Shown here piece after piece: positions 35,501 through 46,700 of a DNA stretch of 64,000 nt; the stretch's first letter is position 1; every line of letters begins with the position of its first letter. The notes under the pieces were generated by a model. It ran no database searches. It saw only the letters and a program-made list of their open reading frames with translations, and was not told the DNA's origin. Source of the DNA: Marsupella aquatica (lineage: Eukaryota > Plantae > Marchantiophyta). The stretch covers positions 10,049,660 to 10,113,659 of the forward strand of contig OZ316893.1 in assembly GCA_973895155.1 (NCBI GenBank), given 5' to 3'. The translations under genes were made by a program, and so were the position numbers.

Positions 35501-35966
35501 TCGTCATTTGAAGAAGACATCATCTTTCCGAGTTTATAACAAAATGATCTTTCCGAGACCATATGTACAAGAATTTCTTGAATTTTGCACTTCAACTTTT
35601 GATGTGGTTCTTTGGGCACTCACTGACACATGCGAACTGGCTGATCAAATGGATCCAATACTCACAGATAAAGCTTTGAGTTTTTCTGGTCTTAAGTATC
35701 TTACATCAACTTTGATGGACATGAAACAGATCAATGATATTTATCCACAATATCAAAGACAAAATGTTATATTTTTAGAGTGTTATCCATCATTTGATAG
35801 TGTAAATCCAATGTATTCAAGGCTGTATCCCAAGCCGTATTATGGTAATTGTAAAGACAATTTTCTTAGAGGCACACTTATTCCATATTTACGTAATCTA
35901 GAAGATTCTGGTCAGACAGCGCATAAGTTTATTAAATATCACTATCCTACTTGGTCTGAAGTATGA
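29568..35966 (+). CDS. Large multi-exon gene of unknown function: NLS, ParB-like motif, degenerate amino-MTase-like region, repeat linker, inactive FCP1/NIF-like domain
   Basis: Exons about 29568-30845, about 30972-32318, 32420-32756, 33314-35033, 35424-35966. Junctions 32318/32420 and 32756/33314 keep the frame; the first and last junctions are unresolved. Motifs KKKRK..KKRK, FWIIGGQHT, RKLLVISINKFLI...RPYVQEFLEFC..FDVVLW. Confidence 0.55.
34172..34570 (+). repeat. Coding 93-bp (31-aa) tandem repeat, about 4.3 copies
   Basis: GGATCCT recurs at 34188, 34281, 34374, 34467, 34560. Unit REQ(M/V)DPLVVETNILD...NANNNLA. Confidence 0.9.
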
Positions 35967-37149
35967 GACAGTATCAATAGAAATGTAGTAAAAGAAACCA
36001 CAGCTTGTGTGGTGTAGTGTTTAGAATATATTCAAATGTATTCTTTTTGGATAATAAAAGTTACATTATTTACGTGAAAAATTGAAATGATTGCTTACTG
36101 CATTATATATTCATGAATGATTACTTGTAATGTTCATTTTACTTCATAATGTCGAATGCCAAAATGTCTACTTGTAGAGCAAAAATTCTATTCTTGAACT
36201 CAGTTTTGGCAGCACCCGATAATACTTGTAAATTCAGTCTTTATATTCATAGTGTCTGATGCGAAAATAGATACACATAGTATAAAACTTGTCATTTTGT
36301 AGAGATCTACTAGTGTTAAATGCAAAAAATTTGGCTTAAGTTTCTTTTAGGCCCTTGGGACTTATTGAGTATTATAGCCAATATTAATTCTCAAATTCAG
36401 TAGATACCAATTTAAATGAAAACTTTTTGTTTACTCACTATCAGTGTATTGCATTGAATATGCATTTCACCAACAAATTAGAATACGAACCATGGTTTAT
36501 TGTATGTTTTGACACTTAATTTGGTTTACTTCTTTTTTTGTTTGGGGAGGGGGGGGGGGGGAATAAAACCCGCAAAAACCCATGGGAAGGGGGGCCCAAC
36601 AGGGCAACAAAGACAGAGGCAGCAAAATGCAAACCTATGAGACTGAGAGAGAGCCCCAATGAGCAAGGACAAAAAAAGATGCGGTCCATGCAAGCAAGGA
36701 AAGACACAATCCAAAAGAAAAGTGTCCAAGCGTGTGACCCACCTAAGATGTTCCTGACTAACTAATTCTTTTACTCTAAGTAATCTAGTATGTTTTCTAC
36801 CAAGACCCGAGGCTTTGCAGAGGCCATGCAAAGAGTCTAACATTTATGATTCAAGGAGTAGATTCAAGTTAAACACTCAATTTGGTTTACTTTGTTTAAA
36901 TTGTTCCTATCACATGTGACTGAACTTGGATCCATCAGGTTTTTGCTGATGTCCTGGAGCATACCATACTTTCAAACTAGAGGAAAAGAGTTAATACAAT
37001 GGGGGAAAATGGAAGTCTTGGACACTTCCCCCTTATATATGGCCCGTGGTGGTTTAAATTTATTTATTTATTTATTTAAATGAATTAAATAAATCAGTAA
37101 TATCTTTGTAAAACTTCATTTAAGCATTTCTGGAATTGAAAATTCCACT

Positions 37150-39758
37150 TTTATCTAAATAAGGGTTCAAAACGGGGAAGACCCCCAGGAGCAAAAGACA
37201 ACCATCCACGACAGAAAAGAACCCCGGCTACGAATCCTGTCACAACATTAAGTATCGTACACTCAGCACCAACAAACTCCCAAAGCCACGATAATGAAGA
37301 AATCTCGATCAAATACCAAAACACTGGCCAGATATACCAACGACAGACCACACAAATAAACGAAAAGTTTGTATATCATATAGCACAAGAAATAGAAAGT
37401 GATACACCAGACCCACTTACTATGAAAGAAGCTCAACAAAGAACAGATTGGCCGAAATGGCAAGAGGCCATCAACACGGAGATGGACGCCCTTATCAAAA
37501 GACAGGTCTTCGGACCACTTATACCGACACCACCATGTAACAACTACACAGAATCCTGATTCACATTCATTAGAAAACAGAATGCGAAAGGAGAAGTAAT
37601 AAGATACAGAGCAAGACTAGTAGCCAAACGGTATACACAAATACCAGGTAGGGATTACGACCTCACATATTCACCCGTCATGGACGCGATCACATACAGA
37701 TACCTTATTACTTTCTCCATACAACATAAACTTATCAACAATTTAATGGACGTGGTAACTGCGTACCTTTATGGCACTCTGGACACAGACATTTACATGA
37801 AAGCACCTCACGAATTGATCCAGAGAGTGAAACACTATACTCAGGGGGAGACGTCCCAGAACCTAAGCCCAGATATCAAGTCGGGTATACGACAGATCAT
37901 ACCTGATGAAATGGTTAAAATGCTCCTTATGCACAGTGGACATACACAAGACAAGCATAAGAAAACCCCTGGAAATACAGGATCTGACAAACCGACATTA
38001 GCTGTAAAAGTATTACGCTCCATAAATGGCCTTAAACAGAGCGGACGAATATGGTGTACAAGAAGTTTAAAACAGAGATGATCAACCTTGGATTCACCAA
38101 CAACAATATTGCCCCATGTCTCTTTATCAAACAAAGGAACGATGAATTCATTATATTAGCACTGTACGTCGACAATGTGAACCTGTTTGGGACACCCACA
38201 ATTATCAAAGAGACTATCAGAACTCTGAAAGGAGTGTTCGAAATGAAAGACCTGGGCGAACCAACATATTGCTTAGGATTACAATTCGAACACCTCCAGA
38301 ATGGCACCTTTATCTACCAATCAACATACACACAAAAGATTATCAAACAGTTCAACATGCACCTAACACACCCGGTCTCCACACCAATGGAACTCCGGTC
38401 CCTTGACCCAGCAAAAGATATGTTCAGACGCAGACAAGATCACGAACCTATATTAGGCTCGGAAAAACCCTATCTATCTGCTGTGGGAGCGCTAATGTAC
38501 CTACCGAATCACACACGGCCTGATATCTCATTCTCAGTTAGTCTCCTTGCAAGACACAGCACACAACCGACAATCCGCCAGAAGAATGGCATCAAAAGGA
38601 TATTTAGGTACCTCCAAGGCACCCCCGACCTGGGCCTTTTCTTCCCGAAAGACAGCCCCGACAACCTCATCGGATACACAGACGCTGGATACTTATCTGA
38701 CCCCCAAGACTCAAAATCTCAAACTGGCTATGTCTTCCTGCAAGGCACGACTGCAATATCCTGGCATAGCACAAAGCAAACGATGACAACCACATCATCA
38801 AATCATTCTGAAGTCATAGCATTATACGAGGCATGTAGAGAAGCCCTATGGTTACGAAGTATCATTAACCACATCAGGACCAGCACGGGAAAGTCGAAGA
38901 TAACCAAACCCACAATAATCTATGACGATAACAAAGCCTGCATAGACCAAATCGTCCACGGCATTATGAAAACTGAAAGAACCAAGCATATTGATCCCGA
39001 GTTCTTCTTTACACAAGAACAGCAAGGCAAGAACATACAAGTAGAATGGATTCGATCACAGGAGAACAGGACAGATATATTCACAAAACCTCTACCTGCT
39101 GGAACTCATGGAGACCACGTTGCTGGAATAGATCACCAACACTTAACAAGCCACCACCACAAAGGCCACAATAAGGTGCGAAGGCGACTCACCTGAGAGA
39201 CGGATGTTCAAAGACACGGAACAACACAACGAATCGAGCTGCAACTGACGACTCGATCGGACATCCTAACCATACACCACTCATACGCCAAGCTCCCGCC
39301 CCGACGACTTACACTGAAGACCTTACGAACCTCAAGAACTCATCTTGGAGAAAGCGAAAGACCCAACTCAGTCGTATAGTATAGACACAGTATAACCATA
39401 CTCATAGGAAACATATTAGTCAAAACAAAACTAGGATATCCAAAACGGAACCATTGGATCCCAATATGTAATGATGGTAGTACTCTTTCCTTGAGAAGAA
39501 AGCGGCAAGGTTTTAATGAGGCTACATCAATGGGAATACCAATGAAATAATCTAGGGTTAAAAAAATAATTAAAAAATTGTGGTTACTTTATACACCCAT
39601 AAACTAACCAAGGGGGAGTGTTGTAAATCATAGTTTACCCTTAACCCTAGAATAAGGTTACCTTTAACCTTACATGATGTAACCCAATGGCTATATAAAG
39701 CCATACCTTAATGGAGTGAAGTATCTATTACTATGATGAAAAACCTTGTCTCACAACA
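37150..39758 (+). mobile_element. 5'-truncated degenerate Ty1/copia (Bianca-like RT/RNase H) with a short 3' LTR
   Basis: RYRARLVA, YSPVMDAIT, GLKQSGR, LYVDN, PYLSAVGALMY, TSSNHSE, KHIDP, with frameshifts and stops. PPT AAGGGGGAG near 39610, then TGTTGT (39619)...ACAACA (39758). Left boundary approximate. Confidence 0.85.
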
Positions 39759-40008
39759 GATATCAATTTTATTGTACTCTGCTATTCCCTTTCAAAATGG
39801 GTAGTCTGGGCTAGTCTAGGGCTAGTCTCTTCAAAAGCAAGAACTGGGCTGAGAGAGCTGGGCGGTGGGCCTGACATAGTGAAAAGAGGATAGGATAGGA
39901 ATTCACCTTACAGTGAATCTCATGGTGGCCAAAGCCATGACGAAAGAATCAAGTGGCCTCCAAAGCCATGACGAAAGGAACATAAGTTACTGTACATGAC
40001 TCGGATGG

Positions 40009-40117
40009 AAGGGGCAACCATATGATAAACAAGGGGCAATCATATGATAAACTAGGGGCCACCATGTGATAAACAAAGGGCAAACATATGATAAACAAGG
40101 GGCAAGCATATGATAAA
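40009..40117. repeat. 22-bp minisatellite, 5 copies (AAGGGGCAANCATATGATAAAC)
   Basis: Head-to-tail copies with no spacers. Confidence 0.85.
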
Positions 40118-40256
40118 TCGTGTTGCTTGGGAATGTGTAGTTTTTTAGGTCGGTAGCTTAATTATATCGCTGACGACAATCAAACGAAATACTCCAGTGG
40201 AGTGGTGATTCTTCCCAATGGCAACAACAGAGGAGAACTTTGACGAAAGCATGGTC

Positions 40257-40421
40257 GAGAGATACTAGATGGACCCGAAATGGAGAAGTGTTACTTAATG
40301 GACCCTATGAGGCCCATTGAGATTTTAGGACCGTTGATTTAAGGTCCATCAAGGGTATGGATCACTCTGGGGTCCATCAAGTAAAGATTTCCATTTTGGG
40401 GGTCCATCAAGAAAATCTCTC
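40257..40421. mobile_element. Small foldback/MITE-like element
   Basis: GAGAGAT..GATGGACCC...ATGGACCC on the left is mirrored by GGGTCCATC...GGGTCCATC..ATCTCTC on the right. TSD not identified. Confidence 0.5.
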
Positions 40422-40857
40422 TGGAGAACGCGGACTTACGACATCATATCACACGTGCTTTTTCGAGGTATTGTTTGGTGGGCAATGGCTATACCACTGA
40501 CCCTTCTTCGTGACAAATTTGTGAAATTACTTAAAGTCTGATCTCCATGGAGGCAGTGCAGTACATACGGCAGTTTAATCGATCGAAACCGAGCAAGCTC
40601 GCTGACCAGGCAAGCCCATCGGGCCCCTCTAAGTGGAGCAATTTACTGAAGTTGCTGTTTGTTCGCTGGTATTTGTCTCGTGGCCTTCTGACTGCTCAGG
40701 AAGTCGTCCATAAGTCTGTAGACTTAAGTTTCGAGAGGTGAACAGACGGGTTCAATTGGACGATCAATCACACTGATAATCCACAAGCTCACAGACCGGC
40801 CAACTGCAGGCGAGTTGTGGCAGATCAAAGGTAGGCAGGTTGAATTGGTCGGTAGCA

Positions 40858-41112
40858 ATGGCTGCAGCGGAGTTCATGATGCGTTTTGGAAAGGAGTTGA
40901 GGACCGTGACAATACGATTCTACAATCGGTATCCGGAGACAGGCAGATCATACTACAAGCCTCCTGCAGTACACGAAGACCCACCTGCAGCTGATAGAAT
41001 CGGACACAGACGTGAGTATGGACTTCACCATTTGCTGCAGGCGACATACTCGCACCTCATGTACAGGAGAGACTACGGGCATGATGAGATCTCTCATCGT
41101 CCAAGTCAGTGA
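40858..41112 (+). CDS. Candidate small protein (84 aa)
   Basis: Strong plant start context GCAATGGCT in non-repetitive DNA. IRFYNRYPETGRSYYKPP looks like a conserved motif, but I cannot name the family. Confidence 0.45.
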   Translation: MAAAEFMMRFGKELRTVTIRFYNRYPETGRSYYKPPAVHEDPPAADRIGHRREYGLHHLLQATYSHLMYRRDYGHDEISHRPSQ

Positions 41113-42447
41113 GTGATCCTTCGTTTAATGGAAATGGGTCCTGAGCGCAAATCAAAGAATTCCCTATGAATGCATCTCCGACCGTGCATGAGATCCATAG
41201 TACTCAGCGCTACATATACTAGCCGATCTTACAGCTCACCAGTGATTTACGTACAAGGCGGAGTCAAGCTGAAATTCAGTTGTGGCGATAGAAAGTATTA
41301 GCGGGGCGCCGTTAGGAAAGAAGCCATAGAGCCCCAGATCCCGAAATTGCTCGAAACTCATGTGGAGATTCCAAGGATGCTCGCTTGCACGACTCGGTCA
41401 TCTGCCTGACAAATTTCACAACATCCTTCGTGTTAGATTTATCGACCATGTGAATCACAATCAGCAGATACTGATGGCACCACATGCCGGTCGAATGATG
41501 GGAGCCTGAGGTTTTTGAATATGCATGAAGAATCTAGGCTTGAGCATTTCTTGTGATTAGAACGGATTTGAACACAAATGTTCATCTCGCATGGGAACCT
41601 GATGTGCGGTCCCACCTTGTCCGATGCCCCAGCCCAATTTATTACTTTAGATGTCATCTTGGTCTGAAACTTGTAAGCGACATTACTTAGTCTCCATGGT
41701 GATCCCATGTATTTTGTTACGAAGACAGATGTTCAATCCCGGAAAGTGAACTCTGCCTCTCGGACAAAACTCACGCAACGACATTACTTGATGGAGGAAC
41801 TTACAATTTCTCCATGCGATAACCTAACAATATGATCGACAATTATTTTGCTTTGGCTTTGTAGAGCTCGAACAGCAGAATCCACAAGTACTTGAATTGA
41901 AATAAAGGAAATCTCACGATTCGTCAATTGGCACACAGACGAGCGCATTATCCTAATTGGGTATTTGCGAATGCGGTTCGAGCTTATAACACATGTTTCC
42001 TATTGTTGAATCAAGAGATCATGTGTTCTAGATCCAGTCATGGTGAATTGCGGCTCTAGAACGTTACATCCAATCACTTGAAATTCATTTTCTGTGAATG
42101 AGTTCTTCAGTTGGGCGTTTGTACGATGAAGCGATCACACTGGCAGCAGCTGTTTAAAGGAGAGTGAAAATAAAATACAAAGCCTACCGAACCGTTGTTC
42201 AATGGCTTTAAGGAACTTAGGGGCAGCAGTACGTTCCTTTTTCCTTTTTTGCTGTAAAACACTTCATTTTACATGAACACAATCAAGCAAAACCATTACC
42301 TACCTAGTCATCTGCCAACAGGCAGATTCCTTTTTTGATAATGAGTACATGTTTTTTTTTCAAACTCTAGCTAGACCTCCTCTTGAGGTGGTCTAAAAAA
42401 TGGAGAAAGGGTAGTTTCTTTTCAGGGAATTGCATTTCTTATTTCCA

Positions 42448-42637
42448 CACATTTTGGCTTAGGTATTTTAACTTAAGTCTATGAAAATGGCCATAAACTT
42501 TGCTTGGATGGAGAGACACTAAACTGCCCCAGTTTATTCCTTCCAGTCCTAATACATTTTGGCTTAGGCATTTTAACTTAAGTGTATGGAAGTGGCCATG
42601 GGCTTTGCTTTGGATAGAGAGACACTAAACTGCCCCC
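42448..42637. repeat. Direct duplication of about 83 bp
   Basis: ACATTTTGGCTTAGG...GAGAGACACTAAACTGCCCC occurs twice, about 106 bp apart. Confidence 0.75.
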
Positions 42638-43736
42638 ACCGTCACAATGACTTACCATTTGAAAGGTATGAGCACCTGGCTTGATTTAAACAGGATTGGA
42701 AGTTTTGAACTGTCGAGAGTTGTTTTTCAATATTGTGCTAGCTGGAATTTTAACGTTTGAAGTAAGTGCCACTAACTGGTCCGTGGGTTGTGAATGACGG
42801 TCTAGACAGTCTGAGCCTGAGGAGCAAAGAATTCTTCTTCCCCGCACAAAGGTAAACTAAACTTTGTTCCGAACAGATATTGAGATGAGGCAAAAATGTC
42901 TAGTTGAGCAACGGCAATCAATTCTACAAAACTCTTGGTAAGTTAATTGACATACGCTGGCTAACAGTCGAGAGAATTTTACAGAACTTGTCACGATATA
43001 ATCAGAAGTCTACAAGTTGCTCTAGGAGTTTTTTTTGCAGTTTGAAGTCTATCGAGACTTCACAGCTGCCGTTATTTGAGTGCCAAGAATTCACTAGATT
43101 CTACCTCTACAAAACACTTTTTGCAACTTTTGACAAAAATTAGGTAGGTTTCTGTTTCCCATCAGCCAGTCTCCCACCTTGCCACAGAACCCATTAGGCA
43201 GAATCTAACTGTCATCCTTAAATCTAGGGAGATCCACAGATCATAAAGTAATTCACGAAAGTCAGATGAGGAAGATTCCTCCCACCTGCTCCTTTACAGA
43301 GGCTCACATTGGCCTCACTGGCTAAAAATGGAAAACCTTAATGATTACCCTGCTTCACAAGCCACGCCTAGTTCATCCAATCTTTAAGTTTCATGTTCCA
43401 GAATGAGCATGCCATATATCTATCTGGCGTATTGTTTCTACAAAACGATTTACAGCGAGCAATGTCTGGGGGAAATTCCGCTCTACAGTGTTGTAGTGGT
43501 GTAGCTTTATTACGTGCAAGTTTGACTTTGAAGAACACTTGCCAGTCGGGACCTCCTTCCAGTTTGGACGCAATGTTTAGTAGCAGGATCGAGCCTCCAA
43601 TTCCCCATGATAAGTGTTTTGCGCGAAACTCGACTCACTGGAACGGGTACACTATTGTTGGGGAAGAATCCTACTAAAACACTCTTGACAACCAAGAAGA
43701 TCAAATGAGCCATCTCGGAAGCCAGTCGAGTCTGCT

Positions 43737-46700
43737 TCATCTTCCGCTTGCCAATTCGTCGAGGAGTAAATGCAAGTTCTTATAAGAATACCCTCCTTCC
43801 GCCACAGCTGCATGCAATAACCTCTGCGCCTCTCCAGCGTTTTTCCTTAGCTCCTCCCCCTTCTTCTCCAGCATGAGCTGCCTCACTGCCTTCGTCACTG
43901 CCTGCCTTGTGATGTCTTCGAAACTGTCTTGATCCTTATCCTTGAACGAACAAATCGCCGATCCCACCTTGGCTACATCCGCTATGAACCTGTCCGCACC
44001 AACCAGTACCAAGTAAGAATTATTTAAAAATGCCCGTGACCAAAGGGGTTTGGTCACAAAAGCTGAACTACTTTTTATAATTTGTGACTGATTAGTTATT
44101 GTCACCAATACATGAATGTTTCATTAGGATAGTGATCACTCTCGTGAAGGGGATGTCTCAGATTCAAAACTCGGGTACTGAAATGCTTTGACCCAAATTT
44201 GACTCGCAATAGTACAAAAACATGATAAGTTGGGGTTGCATTTAAATTTGAGAAAAATTAATAAATACAAGGAAAAGATAATTCATTATAATATGATACC
44301 TCAAAATAATATAAGTTTGAAATAGAATTCATACATGTAATTTTTATTCGATAAGAGAAAAAAATGTATCAAAACCTAAATGTATCTAAAAGACTAACCT
44401 AAATTAACCCTAAATTGTCCACCACCTAATCTGAAATAAATCATAAAGAGTTTAATCTTTTTCTCCTCTCATCGTCAACCTTTCGTTGATGTATATACAA
44501 ACCAGCATCTGAAGGATGAACACGCTTGTCGGCAAAATATTTCTCAAGCAACAAGCATTGTATGCATCGACCAGCATTTAAAGGATGAACACGCTCGTAG
44601 GCAAAATATTTCTCAAGCAACAAGCATTGTATGCATCGAGAACACTCCATCGATGACAACACAAAGCCAAAGTATATCTCCAACAAAAAAGAGTTGCATC
44701 CAATTGTCGGGCCAAATGTACTAGATTAAGTGACTATAGGCAGGTCTGTAGCAAATGACTAGGTCATTGCTACCACCGGCTAGAGCAAACTCGCACTAGT
44801 CCAAGAGAATACGATAGAAAACTACCTATGAACGACCCTAATGATCGAGCGCGTCCCTCCACGACCACCTAGGCAAATGGTAGGTTGCAAGCAACGCTTA
44901 TGGCGCCAATGCCTATGAGGTCGCTTTGGCCAAAAAAAGGCAAAAGAATAAGCAATGAGAGGAGAAGAGAAGAGAATGAGGAGAATGAACTGAGAGACTC
45001 TCCCTTTTATGCTAATCATCTCTAAGTTCCTAATTAAAAGCACACCCACCCATTCTTCTAGAATTACTCAAATAAAAATCTATATCTATGTTGAAAAATG
45101 AGTGAGAAGTCCACAAAAGGAATAAAAACACATTTTTTGTTTTGATGTTGACCCCCCTCTTGCAAGAAAAAGGAAAGATTTATAAAACCTGAAATCTCTC
45201 CATTCTTTGTCTTTATTGTTCCTCCCCTTAAAAGACCCTTAAACCATTCATCGCTCCCCACTTCTAAGATAGAATAGGGGTTAGCTTGTTCGATACACTC
45301 AACTAGTGTCTGCCCCCTCTAGCAAGAAAAAAATATAAACAAAGACCATTTTGAAAATCTCTCCCTTAAATACCCTTAAACCTCTCAGCAATTAAAGAAA
45401 AAATTCTTTAAACCCTTATTATTTCTCCCCTTAAAGTAATCCTCCATCTGGGCCAAAAAATAAAAATGTCTCTTTTTGTCTTTTTGATTTTCCCATTCTT
45501 TAAAATACCCTTGATTATCTATCTGTTTTAATTCTCAAAGAAAATAAAATAATGAGATCAACCATAGGGCATGCTCCTTACTCATAGTTTTTTCTAAAAA
45601 AAAGAAGCCCCTTTAAAAATCTTTTCGAGGTGACCAATTTCACCCAAATACAAAAAGGAAGCCCCTTTAAGAGTCGTACCTTTTCAAGATGACTTTGGTC
45701 CCAAAGGGAAATATATAAAAGCATTAATAAATTCTGATAACTAAAAGACAAAGACATTAAGTGGTGAGAGAATCAAGTACACACGTACATTGAGGGGGAG
45801 CATTTAATGTACTTTCATTTGTGTTGAATACAATATACTCTATGTACTCCAATTTGTCTTGATCTTGACTACTCCATACAAACTAACGAGTGTTAGAATG
45901 AGTATATTGTGACTAACGTATATTTGTGTGCCTCTATAAGTATGTGGAGAAAGCATATGTGGAGAAAAAACGTATGCGCAGAAAAAAAGTTTGGATCCAT
46001 TTTGGGCTCCCACCACAAAGCTGAACTTTAACTTCAGCCAATTATGTTCTTTTGCGGCTGATGGGTGCAAATAATTCCACCTCCAGTCACAAATTAGTTT
46101 CCCAATTGGATAAACACCTATATATGGGAGCCAACCGTATTTAGACTCGCCTCGAATTTGTTCATGGCACATAGCTTAATTGGATGAAGCTATCATGGAT
46201 GTAATTACTTCAGTCCTCCAACCTGAAATTTTGGTCCCAGTAATAATCAAATATATCTTCAATCATTTGCGATTGAGATTCTTTACGATAGTAATTAAGT
46301 ACTGATTTCCTGCTGTGAGAGTCCACGTACTGCTCTGTTGGAACTTTCAACAGCATGGACCGGCTAAGAATTGAACCTAGGAACTCCCGTGTACATCGTA
46401 GTGCTCTACCACTGAGCTACAGGCCCTTTGTGGCTCTATCCATCTTCCTTCGAGTGTGGTTCATTTCCAACACCCTCCTTTGAGCCGCACTCGTTACAAG
46501 GGAAACTCCTTTTCTTTGGCTGTGATACCATGTTGGAACTTTCAACAACATGGACCGGCTAGGAATTGAACCTAGGACCTCCCGTGTACATAGTAGTGCT
46601 CTACCACTGAGCTACAGACCCTGTATCCATCTTCTTTCGAGTGTGGTTCATTTACAACATGCTCATCAACCATTGCCCTGGAATTTTTGGTGTTTCTGTT

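Noticed and set aside
40009-40117. 22-bp repeats as a CRISPR array
   Set aside because: No spacers; a simple minisatellite.
44133-45775. Possible solo LTR in UGT intron 2 (TGATCACTCTC...GAGAGAATCA)
   Set aside because: The terminal inverted match is weak and the flanks (GATAG vs AGTAC) give no TSD. It may be repeat-derived but cannot be supported here.
46551-46621. Functional tRNA genes (also about 46356-46426)
   Set aside because: The anticodon stem does not pair, and both copies are parts of TRIM LTRs bounded by a TSD.
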